This document shows, in pieces, positions 1 through 8,493 of a stretch of DNA of 25,395 bases. Under the pieces are notes generated by a model, which was not told the DNA's origin, did not search any database, and saw only the letters and a list, made by a program, of their open reading frames with translations. Both the position numbers and the translations under genes were made by a program. Every line of letters begins with the position of its first letter. Position 1 is the first letter of the stretch. The stretch is from an uncultured Gammaproteobacteria bacterium (GTDB lineage: Bacteria > Patescibacteriota > Microgenomatia > UBA10105 > UBA927), in NCBI GenBank assembly GCA_964592885.1, contig CAZQGM010000001.1, positions 1 through 25,395 of the forward strand, given 5' to 3'.

Positions 1-97
1 AGATGGATCAAAAAAAGTAGAGGTACAAAACTTTTTGGAGTCAATTGGGTATACACAAGACTTCATCAAGTTTGCCCGAAAACACCATATGACTTGA
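1..97 (+). CDS. Possible 3' end of an unidentified gene truncated by the window edge
   Basis: Frame 2 is open from the window start (DGSKKVEVQNFLESIGYTQDFIKFARKHHMT) to TGA at 95-97. Too short to identify. Confidence 0.3.
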   Translation, partial: DGSKKVEVQNFLESIGYTQDFIKFARKHHMT

Positions 98-151
98 TAG
101 GAGAAATTTTGAAGATCTCCAGTTTGCTGCAATGATAGCTTTTTTTGGCAT

Positions 152-541
152 TTATATTGACCGAATCCAATCTAGATCAAGCTTCATACCGACATCTACA
201 AAATAGATAACAGGCTCATCGCCTACAGAATGAAGGTCGTAGGTTGAGTGTGCTGGAATTTCGACGATTGAACCTACTCCAGCTATATATTCTTTGCTAT
301 CGATGGTAAAGAGTGCTTCACCACTACTAATGTAGTATTTCCGTATTGCAGGAATATCAGTGCGCACTCCGTGAATTCCTTTCAGGATCACGAATATATA
401 GGTATTTTCCTCTTTTTGTATATACCACCCTTGCATGTCGCAAGTAGAATTCTTTCGATCTATTCTGATTGCGCCAGTTATTTCATCGGGGGTAATTAAG
501 GAATATCGTGTGGGGATAGACATATGAAAAGTATACGCCAT
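152..541 (-). CDS. Cupin-domain protein
   Basis: C-terminal half shows the cupin beta-barrel pattern (YYISSGEALFTIDSKEYIAGVGSIVEIPAHSTYDLHSVGDEPVIYF). The canonical metal-binding His residues are not evident. TATGAT lies 8 nt before the ATG. Confidence 0.75.
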   Translation of the reverse strand: MAYTFHMSIPTRYSLITPDEITGAIRIDRKNSTCDMQGWYIQKEENTYIFVILKGIHGVRTDIPAIRKYYISSGEALFTIDSKEYIAGVGSIVEIPAHSTYDLHSVGDEPVIYFVDVGMKLDLDWIRSI

Positions 542-632
542 GTCAAATAATCATAACTATTACAGCCATAGACCGATCCCTGTCTCCTTTAGCACGAAGC
601 CTTCAGCTGAAACTCCTGTAGTAGTACGTACA

Positions 633-2114
633 TTACTCTGGATTATTGAGGACAACTGATCGAAGTCTACTCATGGCTTCAAGTGAGTACCGGATGCCTT
701 GAACTCCCACCCCTGATCCTTTTATACCCATAAATGGGAAATGGTCTGGACCGCGCTGTGGAGATCCATTTATCTGCACGGTACCAACATGAAGCTGTCT
801 TGCTAGCTTCAATCCTGTTCCTTCATCTTTTGTAAATACTGATGCTTGCAAGCCGTAATGAGAATTATTGACGATTTGCATCGCTTCCTGCTCATCTTGA
901 ACGGTGATAAAACTCACGACCGGTCCAAATGTTTCAATTTTGACGACATTGAGATCTGCACGCACATTTTTCAAAAGCGTTGGTTCATATGTGGAACCAT
1001 GTCGATTTCCACCTCGGTACACTTCGGCACCATTATTTCTGGCGTCATTAACCACATCTTCAACTGTCTTTGCCGCATCCTCAGAGATAAGCGGTCCAAC
1101 CATTTTTGTCGCTTCATCAAATGGCTGTCCTACAGAGATAAGCTCATCCATCTTTTGTCCGACGAGTGGGATGATTTGATCCATGACTTCTCCTCGAGCA
1201 AGTACGTATTTGATCGCGGTACATCGTTGTCCACTGTAGGAAAACGCACCCTTTACTATTTCTATTGCTGTCTTTGCCATATCTGCATCTGGGAAAATTA
1301 TCGCAGGATTGTTTCCGCCACATTCAAAAAGGAGCGGGAGCATGGTCGTCTTTGCAGCGATTTTTGCGCCTACTTCAGAGCTACCGGTAAATGCGATCAT
1401 TGAGACAAGCGGATGTGCGACGAGATATTCTCCGATCGCTCGTCCAGCACCGGTTGGAGCAAAGAGTAACTCACCTGGAACTCCTCCATCAAGAAATAAT
1501 TTGACTATCGAAAGACCAGATAATGTTCCTTGTGTTGGAGACTTAAACACGACACCGTTTCCGATGAGAAGGGCTGGAGCGATTTTTGAGATCGCCAGAT
1601 TTACGGGATAGTTAAATGGTGCAATAGCAAGCACGACTCCATGCGGGGCACGATCAATGAGCGCAAACCGTCCCGACGCGAATCCCGAGAAGCTATCGCT
1701 ATCTCGAAAGTCACCGGTCATGCTCGCTGCTTCACCACACATGTACTCCATGATTTCAGCACTTCGGACTATCTCGCTTTTGGCGTCACTTCTCGTTTTT
1801 CCTATCTCCCACATGAGAAGCTCTGTCAACTCTTTCTCATGATCCCGAAATTTTTGTGCGACATTTTTTATGATGCTGATTCGCTCGAAAAGCGGTCGTT
1901 TTGCCCATGATATCTGTGCTTCTGACACTGTCTTCATGCCAACATCAATTTCTTCATTCGTTGTTTTAGGGAATCGAGCTATCACGGCTCCGTCGCTTGG
2001 GTTTTTCACTTCGACCATCTCGTCGCTTGCTCCCCGCTCCCATGCGTGTCCGCTCCAGAAGGAGTATTGAGGTACTTCATCACTACTGTGGATTTCTGTG
2101 AAGGGCAGGTTCAT
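633..2114 (-). CDS. gapN: NADP-dependent non-phosphorylating glyceraldehyde-3-phosphate dehydrogenase (ALDH superfamily)
   Basis: ALDH motifs PFNYP, FTGS, ECGG (catalytic Glu), YSGQRCTA (catalytic Cys) and ETFGP. GapN-typical segments KSPTQGTLSG and RGPDHFPFMGIKGSGVGVQGIRYSLEAM. Confidence 0.85.
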   Translation of the reverse strand: MNLPFTEIHSSDEVPQYSFWSGHAWERGASDEMVEVKNPSDGAVIARFPKTTNEEIDVGMKTVSEAQISWAKRPLFERISIIKNVAQKFRDHEKELTELLMWEIGKTRSDAKSEIVRSAEIMEYMCGEAASMTGDFRDSDSFSGFASGRFALIDRAPHGVVLAIAPFNYPVNLAISKIAPALLIGNGVVFKSPTQGTLSGLSIVKLFLDGGVPGELLFAPTGAGRAIGEYLVAHPLVSMIAFTGSSEVGAKIAAKTTMLPLLFECGGNNPAIIFPDADMAKTAIEIVKGAFSYSGQRCTAIKYVLARGEVMDQIIPLVGQKMDELISVGQPFDEATKMVGPLISEDAAKTVEDVVNDARNNGAEVYRGGNRHGSTYEPTLLKNVRADLNVVKIETFGPVVSFITVQDEQEAMQIVNNSHYGLQASVFTKDEGTGLKLARQLHVGTVQINGSPQRGPDHFPFMGIKGSGVGVQGIRYSLEAMSRLRSVVLNNPE

Positions 2115-2122
2115 ATATACGT

Positions 2123-2152
2123 ACTATACATGGGACATGGGATAAAGAGCAA
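2123..2152 (-). promoter_or_regulatory. Candidate gapN promoter
   Basis: TTGCTC (2152-2147), 18-nt spacer, TATAGT (2128-2123), 8 nt before the ATG. Confidence 0.5.
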
Positions 2153-2252
2153 AGAGTATTAAAAGGAAATGCCTAACAGTCCCGTTAGATCAACGTAAAC
2201 AGGGCTAACACGAATTGGACGACAGAGCGGCGGAGGCATGCATACCAAGAAA

Positions 2253-2630
2253 TTATTTATTTCCAAAAAACTGAAGAATGTTCTGCTCCGGATCCTGTAT
2301 TGTCATACACCAAAAGCCGCCCTGAGGTGATTCAAATGGCAACGCGACAAACGCCACCTGTTTGTCTTTCAACTCTTCATACGCTTGTGTTACACTTTCG
2401 ACGTTAAATCCGATCATGATTCGATGAGGATCAAGATTCACTCCGTGTACTTTATCGTGTTTTCCGATAGAAAAATATGTATCCCCAAAATCAAAACCCG
2501 TGCAGGTATCGTTTTGTAGGGTAAGTCGTTCACGAACGACAAATCCTAGTGTTTGTTCGTACCACGAGACTAATTTTTCATAATCCTCGGAATAAATAAT
2601 CACAGAAATTTTTTTGTCCAAAAGTTTCAT
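2253..2630 (-). CDS. VOC (glyoxalase/bleomycin-resistance) family protein
   Basis: WYEQTLGF near the N-terminus and IQDPEQNILQF at the C-terminus are VOC signatures. Start moved from 2666 to ATG 2630 because GGAGG lies 8 nt upstream of it. Confidence 0.85.
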   Translation of the reverse strand: MKLLDKKISVIIYSEDYEKLVSWYEQTLGFVVRERLTLQNDTCTGFDFGDTYFSIGKHDKVHGVNLDPHRIMIGFNVESVTQAYEELKDKQVAFVALPFESPQGGFWCMTIQDPEQNILQFFGNK

Positions 2631-2685
2631 ATCGTACCCTCCGTATTCCTTAGTAGAGCATATCACACACTCTTCTAACTATTTA

Positions 2686-3471
2686 TCACGCTCCCCCAGC
2701 TACGTATGAACGAAGACTGCGATAAAAGATAAATCGACTCACGAGTACACATCCAATGGAAATGCAGATCATCATCAGAATTTCTGGGACTGATATCGTA
2801 CCTCGAAGGACGCGCACCGGCGTATTGATTGCGGCCGTAAATGGAAGAGCGAAATAAAACAAGAGATCTCCGGACCCAACATATGTTTGTTGTGGATATC
2901 GCCCAAGTGTGTTGACTGTATATAACAAATCAGTAATGTTCGTGAGCCTCGGATACCAAATGATGCTGACTGAAAAAAGCATCCAAATACTATACAAAAT
3001 TCCACATCCTGCGAAAGCCATGACAATCATTCCGGCTATATTCATGAGCGATACTGGTAGATGGTATGACGTGATGATCCATATACTAAATCCGATACCA
3101 ATGATGATCCGTACGATCGCTGTGTAATTGACAAGCCAGAGAGACACCGCAAACTGGGTATCAATGGGGCGAGCGAGTACCGCATCAAGCTCTCCCAATC
3201 GAACCAAGCGTGATAGTCGTTCAAAATTTCGACTCAGAAACATATGAAAAATCCCTATGACGCTTGAATACATTACAGATAATAAAAGAAGGTCCGGTAC
3301 TCCCCATGAGCCTATTGAATGAATCGAATGAGTATATAGAAGCATGGTCACGATATGAAATACTGACCATACAAAACTCGTGATGAGACTGTTGAAAAAA
3401 TTGATCCGATACATAAGAAGCGTCGACCAGTTCATGCGAAGCAGTTGGATGGTGATACGTAGCATTTTCAT
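2686..3471 (-). CDS. ABC-2 family exporter permease
   Basis: About six hydrophobic segments, GELDAVLARPIDTQF motif, YP...Y and Y..GG C-terminus. Adjacent to a second permease and an ATPase. Confidence 0.85.
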   Translation of the reverse strand: MKMLRITIQLLRMNWSTLLMYRINFFNSLITSFVWSVFHIVTMLLYTHSIHSIGSWGVPDLLLLSVMYSSVIGIFHMFLSRNFERLSRLVRLGELDAVLARPIDTQFAVSLWLVNYTAIVRIIIGIGFSIWIITSYHLPVSLMNIAGMIVMAFAGCGILYSIWMLFSVSIIWYPRLTNITDLLYTVNTLGRYPQQTYVGSGDLLFYFALPFTAAINTPVRVLRGTISVPEILMMICISIGCVLVSRFIFYRSLRSYVAGGA

Positions 3472-3472
3472 C

Positions 3473-4285
3473 TTATTCCCCCATCCCGACGTAGAGCTTT
3501 ACACCAGCGTTCCAAACAAAATAAACAACGACACTTAGTATCCCTATCCAGCATATCTGCCCAAACAGGTATTGAAACGATTGGGTTATGGTTACACTCC
3601 CTCCAGCAAGAAGTACTGGCACATATGCCACATATGGAAACGGTGTCATCCACGCGATAGTCTGGGCCCATGATGGAAATGCCACTATCGGTATCACATA
3701 TCCACCGAGGAGCAATAAAACTACATCCGATGTTTGTGTCAGTCCTAGTATTTCAGTCATCCAAAATGCTGCCAACCCTAGTATTGTTTTGTATAAATAC
3801 ATGATAAAAAATCCAAATAGGATACTTAGAATCATGATGAGTATTTCTATCCATCCAGTCACTACGTGAATTGATACATGAAAAACGAGCTCTAAGAAAA
3901 TGATCAGAAGTGCCCCTACCATCCCTTGAAATAATCGCCACGGTAGCTCAGAGAATAGTCTATATAACCCATACGAATATGGTTTCGTCAGAAGAGATGA
4001 TAGATTTCCTTCTGCAATATCGAGGTATGCAATTGGAGTCTCAACGTGAACAAAGACAAATGACCCGATCGCCATGAGAAGAAAGTAATATGACTGAAGA
4101 TCGATCCCACCAATCATCTTTACACCCGCGGATTTCCATATTTGGAAATACACAAGCGCGTTGACAAACGAAAGACCAAAATAGACCATTCCCCGACCAC
4201 GATCAGTAAACATGTCTATGCATGCAAGATGAAATACCCCAACATGCTTCAGAAGTGATTTCATACAATAATTTCCTAATTTCAT
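3473..4285 (-). CDS. ABC-2 family exporter permease
   Basis: Hydrophobic protein with IAEGNLSSLLTKP, PF.Y..Y.P and GVKLY...G motifs. Its stop is 1 nt from the next ATG. Alternative start at 4264. Confidence 0.85.
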   Translation of the reverse strand: MKLGNYCMKSLLKHVGVFHLACIDMFTDRGRGMVYFGLSFVNALVYFQIWKSAGVKMIGGIDLQSYYFLLMAIGSFVFVHVETPIAYLDIAEGNLSSLLTKPYSYGLYRLFSELPWRLFQGMVGALLIIFLELVFHVSIHVVTGWIEILIMILSILFGFFIMYLYKTILGLAAFWMTEILGLTQTSDVVLLLLGGYVIPIVAFPSWAQTIAWMTPFPYVAYVPVLLAGGSVTITQSFQYLFGQICWIGILSVVVYFVWNAGVKLYVGMGE

Positions 4286-4348
4286 CTCTCCCCATCCATC
4301 TTCTATCTTCTCTCTATCAGTCTTTCGTGTTCTCCCCCACCCATCTCC

Positions 4349-5332
4349 CTACGCGTTATTGATATATACATCCCGTATTACGTCTTCTAAATCCGGTTCT
4401 TTTATCGTAATGTCTGCAACGGGATATTTTTTCAAAATAGCACTTGCCGCACTACGCACATCACTGTTTTTTACTTGTATGACAGCATCAGATGTATGAA
4501 ATACAGTCACGGTTCCATATATTTCAAGATCACGTTGAGACACATGAGTATCAAGTGATATAGCGATTTCCTTATATCCTGCATGTGACGATATGAGCGT
4601 TGATAATGATCCATCAAACAGTATGGCCCCGTGGTCAATCACGATCACTCGCTTACAAAGGGCTTGTACATCCTGCATATAGTGAGATGTGAGGATAACT
4701 GTTGCCTCATATCGTTTGTTATAGACGCTTATAAATTCGCGGAGTTGTTTTTGCATCACCACATCAAGTCCTATGGTTGGCTCATCTAAAAATAGTACTT
4801 TGGGCCTGTGGAGAAGCGCTGCGACAATCTCCATCTTCATTCGCTCTCCAAGTGAGAGTTTTCGAACTTGAACGTCCATCAATTTTGACAATGATAGTAG
4901 ATCGATAAATTCACCAAGCGTCTTTCTATACGTAGCATCATCAATTTCGTATATATATTTATTGAGAAGAAATGAGTCTTTTGCTGGAAGATCTATCCAC
5001 AGTTGCGCCTTTTGCCCCATGACAAGAGATATTTGCCTGAGATATTCATGTTTTCTTTCGGATGGAACAAAACCCATGACAGATATATCTCCATGCGTTG
5101 GATACATGAGTCCTGTGAGCATCTTCAAGGTCGTCGTCTTCCCCGCACCGTTTGGACCAATAAATCCCACCAATTCTCCTTGGTCTATATGAAACGAAAT
5201 ATCACGAACCGCATGTACGGTACGATGCGACCTATGGACAACTGACTGAAGTGATTGCACGAAGCCAGACGGGACAATAGGAACCCGAAATGTTCGAGTT
5301 AGATGTGAAACGTCTATGGCATGTTGAGGCAT
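4349..5332 (-). CDS. ABC exporter ATP-binding subunit
   Basis: Walker A GPNGAGKTT, signature LSLGERMK, Walker B LFLDEPT, H-loop TSH. ATG 5332 is preferred over GTG 5341 because TATAAT (5344-5349) is too close to the GTG. Confidence 0.95.
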   Translation of the reverse strand: MPQHAIDVSHLTRTFRVPIVPSGFVQSLQSVVHRSHRTVHAVRDISFHIDQGELVGFIGPNGAGKTTTLKMLTGLMYPTHGDISVMGFVPSERKHEYLRQISLVMGQKAQLWIDLPAKDSFLLNKYIYEIDDATYRKTLGEFIDLLSLSKLMDVQVRKLSLGERMKMEIVAALLHRPKVLFLDEPTIGLDVVMQKQLREFISVYNKRYEATVILTSHYMQDVQALCKRVIVIDHGAILFDGSLSTLISSHAGYKEIAISLDTHVSQRDLEIYGTVTVFHTSDAVIQVKNSDVRSAASAILKKYPVADITIKEPDLEDVIRDVYINNA

Positions 5333-5396
5333 ATAATCCACATATTATATACCTTCACTGTTGGATGGTTATATCCCTTACCTGCTATCGGGTATC

Positions 5397-6014
5397 TCAT
5401 CCACGTTTATTAATTGTCTGATCGTACAATTGCCCTATCCGGTGCCAGTTCACTACATGCCAAATCGCCGAAACATACTCTGCCCGGACATTTCTATATT
5501 TAAGGTAGTACGCGTGTTCCCATACATCAATGCCAAAAAGCGGTGTCATCCCTTGGAGAATCGGTGAATCTTGATTTGCGGTATCAAGCGTCACGAGTTT
5601 GCCGTTATCGACGGCAAGCCACGACCAACCACTCCCAAAACGCCCTACTGCCGCTGTGGACATTTTTTCTTTGAGTGCCTCGATGCTTCCAAATGTTTCT
5701 GTGATGGCTTCTCGTAGTTTCCCAGTTGGTTCCTGATCATGAGATCCACCGAGTGTGTCCCAATATAATGAGTGATTTGCGTGACCGCCAGCGTTATTGA
5801 TCACTTTTTGTCGTATTGATTCCGGCACTTCGGATATCCGTTTTAGCAAATCCTCCACTGCAACATGAGATAAATCGGTGACTGATGCGATAGCGTCATT
5901 GAGATTTTTTACGTACGTAGCATGATGTTTATCATGATGAATGTGCATAGTTTCACTATCGATAAACGGCTCAAGTGACTCATACGCATACGGTAATTCT
6001 GGTAGTAGATACAT
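5397..6014 (-). CDS. sodA: Fe/Mn superoxide dismutase (Mn-type signature)
   Basis: LPELPYAY..LEP, HHDKHH..Y, NAGGHANH, FGSGW.WL, TANQD, DVWEHAYYL. Strong SD AGGAGG upstream. Confidence 0.95.
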   Translation of the reverse strand: MYLLPELPYAYESLEPFIDSETMHIHHDKHHATYVKNLNDAIASVTDLSHVAVEDLLKRISEVPESIRQKVINNAGGHANHSLYWDTLGGSHDQEPTGKLREAITETFGSIEALKEKMSTAAVGRFGSGWSWLAVDNGKLVTLDTANQDSPILQGMTPLFGIDVWEHAYYLKYRNVRAEYVSAIWHVVNWHRIGQLYDQTINKRG

Positions 6015-6145
6015 ATATAGATCCTCCTAGATATATTGTCAGTATATACGTTCTGCGTCCTAAAAGACAGTTTGTCCTGAAATCGTATATAATCTAGATT
6101 TATATACTATATATAGTCTGTCATTGGTAATAGCTTCCACGGGTA

Positions 6146-6151
6146 TATAAT
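6146..6151 (+). promoter_or_regulatory. -10 box for PBP copy 1
   Basis: Consensus TATAAT 12 nt before ATG 6164; no SD. Confidence 0.55.
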
Positions 6152-6163
6152 ACAACTACTCAC

Positions 6164-8476
6164 ATGGATAAAGGTCGAAAAAAACGAGCAGTGTCAAAAA
6201 AGAAATCTGATGCTCTTGTCGTGCAAACTTCGATCGAACCAATACCCGAAACACCCGCCGAGGTAGTCCCAATCATACAAAGATCAAGCGCGGAGAACAC
6301 ACGTTTTTTCTATCATGTCTCTCCCAGAATTCGTCTCGTGCTTTTAGCGATACCGCTTCTTTGTATCGTAGTTTTTTACTTTCTCATCCTCAAAGATCTC
6401 CCTTCACCAAAGCAGCTTACGACGGAGGGACCCGGTAGTGCGACAAAGATTTTTGATAGACATGGCACGCTTTTGTTTGATATTTTTGCTGAACAAAATC
6501 GCACCCCCGTACCACTCAAGGACATCCCCAAAGAGCTTCGAGAAGCAACGATTGCCGTCGAAGATAAGGAATTTTATACACACAAAGGCGTCAACCCCAT
6601 CGGAGGTATACTTCGGGCTATCACTGCCACGATATTAAAACAGCAACTACAAGGTGGGTCGACCATCACACAACAACTTGTCAAAACGGCACTTCTTACA
6701 CCAGAGCGGACCGTGACACGAAAAGTCAAAGAAATAATCTTGGCATATTGGGTCGAATTCACCTACAACAAAGATCAGATATTAGAGATGTATCTCAATC
6801 GAGTACCGTACGGTGGCACTGCGTGGGGTGTAGAGGCAGCAGCAGAAAAGTTTTTTGGTAAACCGGTCAAAGATCTTACGCTTGCAGAGTCTGCATTTCT
6901 TGCAGGTCTACCACAAGCACCATCTCTCTACTCCCCATTTGGATCACGACCCGACCTAGCGTATGCACGTCAACATGATGTGCTCGAGCGCATGGTTACA
7001 GAAAAATATATTTCTCAAAAAGATGCAGATGCGGCTAAAAAACAGACGATAGTATTTGCAAAACCTGCATCGATTAAAGCGCCGCATTTTGTGATGTACG
7101 TCAAAGAGGTGTTAGTAGAGAAATACGGATTATCTACTGTTGAGCGTGGTGGGCTGCGAGTCACTACCACACTTGATCTTCCACTTCAGGAATATGCCCA
7201 AGCAACTGTAGCAGCTGAAATAGAAACCGTTAAAAACTTTAACATCACTAACGGCGCCGCGCTTATCACAAAACCAGCAACCGGGGAGATACTTGCAATG
7301 GTCGGATCGACTGACTACTTTGCTACTCCATCCGGAAGTTACAACGTCACGACAGCTCATCGTCAACCGGGGTCTTCGATTAAACCAATTAATTACAGTA
7401 TCGGTATCGACCGGCGTTTGGTAACAGCAGGCACTATGTTTTTGGATGTACCAACATGTTTTGGAGTCCAAAACCAAGGTAATTACTGTCCAAAAAATTA
7501 TGACTGGAAATTCCATGGTCCAGTCCAACTTCGATTTGCACTTGGCAATTCCTACAACATACCAGCGGTAAAAATGATGATGATGAACACGGTAACTGAT
7601 ATGGTCGCGTCTGCCTCTGCATTTGGTATCAACTCGTATACAGATCCGTCGAAATATGGTTTATCACTCACACTTGGCGGAGGCGAAGTAAAAATGACTG
7701 AAATGGCCACAGCGTTTGGAGTCTATGCTAATGGTGGAATCAGAAAAGATTTAGTTTCTATCCTGAAAGTCACTGATAAAAAGGGCTCTATACTCGAAGA
7801 GCATAAAGATCCCAATCTCAATCGTGATATCCCTTCCCAACTTCTCCTCCGTGGTCCGCGCGCGGTATCGACCGAAACAGCGTTTATCATGTCTCATATG
7901 TTACTTGATAATAATGCACGCCAAGATGCATTTGGGCCAGCATCAAGCCTTGTCATACCCGGACACGCCGTATCGGTAAAGACAGGCACGACGGATGATT
8001 TACGAGATAACTGGACCATTGGGTTCACTCCACAAGTGCTTGTCGCAGTGTGGGTAGGAAACAACGATAATACTGCCATGAGTCGTCTTACATCAGGCGT
8101 CACTGGCGCGGCACCAATATGGAACAAACTCATGAAATATGCACTTCGTGACAAACCAGATATCTGGCCAAAACAACCAGATGGCATTGTGGGCAAACAG
8201 ATTTGTAGTGTCTCAGGACTATTGCCACCAACACCCGATGGACCAGATAAAGGGTGTCCTATTCGATTTGAATATTTCATCAAAGGAACCGAGCCGACCA
8301 TGACCGAAAACTTGAAGCAAAATGTCGCAATTGATAAATCCACTGGAGACCTTGCGCGCCCTGGTCAGACAGATAATATTGAAATGCAGGACCGGCTCAT
8401 ACTCAAGGATCCACTTTCACAGTACTGCATCGACTGCCAACATCCCGCGGAAAAACCAGTATTTATCCCGTATTGA
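6164..8476 (+). CDS. Class A penicillin-binding protein (transglycosylase-transpeptidase, PBP1A family), copy 1
   Basis: N-terminal TM anchor. GT51 motifs EDKEFYTH, GGSTITQQ, RKVKE, EMYLN. Transpeptidase motifs SSIK, SYN, KTG. Cys-containing C-terminal tail. Confidence 0.95.
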   Translation: MDKGRKKRAVSKKKSDALVVQTSIEPIPETPAEVVPIIQRSSAENTRFFYHVSPRIRLVLLAIPLLCIVVFYFLILKDLPSPKQLTTEGPGSATKIFDRHGTLLFDIFAEQNRTPVPLKDIPKELREATIAVEDKEFYTHKGVNPIGGILRAITATILKQQLQGGSTITQQLVKTALLTPERTVTRKVKEIILAYWVEFTYNKDQILEMYLNRVPYGGTAWGVEAAAEKFFGKPVKDLTLAESAFLAGLPQAPSLYSPFGSRPDLAYARQHDVLERMVTEKYISQKDADAAKKQTIVFAKPASIKAPHFVMYVKEVLVEKYGLSTVERGGLRVTTTLDLPLQEYAQATVAAEIETVKNFNITNGAALITKPATGEILAMVGSTDYFATPSGSYNVTTAHRQPGSSIKPINYSIGIDRRLVTAGTMFLDVPTCFGVQNQGNYCPKNYDWKFHGPVQLRFALGNSYNIPAVKMMMMNTVTDMVASASAFGINSYTDPSKYGLSLTLGGGEVKMTEMATAFGVYANGGIRKDLVSILKVTDKKGSILEEHKDPNLNRDIPSQLLLRGPRAVSTETAFIMSHMLLDNNARQDAFGPASSLVIPGHAVSVKTGTTDDLRDNWTIGFTPQVLVAVWVGNNDNTAMSRLTSGVTGAAPIWNKLMKYALRDKPDIWPKQPDGIVGKQICSVSGLLPPTPDGPDKGCPIRFEYFIKGTEPTMTENLKQNVAIDKSTGDLARPGQTDNIEMQDRLILKDPLSQYCIDCQHPAEKPVFIPY

Positions 8477-8493
8477 CGGTCTAAATCAACCCC

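Noticed and set aside
543-569. Short upstream ORF (MAVIVMII*) ahead of the cupin gene
   Set aside because: Poor SD spacing, and it overlaps the cupin -10 box; probably chance.
846-2070. Plus-strand ORFs overlapping gapN (846..1403, 904..1179, 1309..1611, 1641..1910 and others)
   Set aside because: Antisense shadows of a well-supported gene, with no motifs. The same applies to the many nested ORFs inside the PBP, ATPase, NRAMP and GH130 genes.
2169-2239. Twister or pistol ribozyme (GCCUAACA start; UUAGCCCU...CGUUGAUC on the minus strand)
   Set aside because: Superficial word matches only; the required P2/P4 pairings and pseudoknots are absent. Kept as an unclassified structure.
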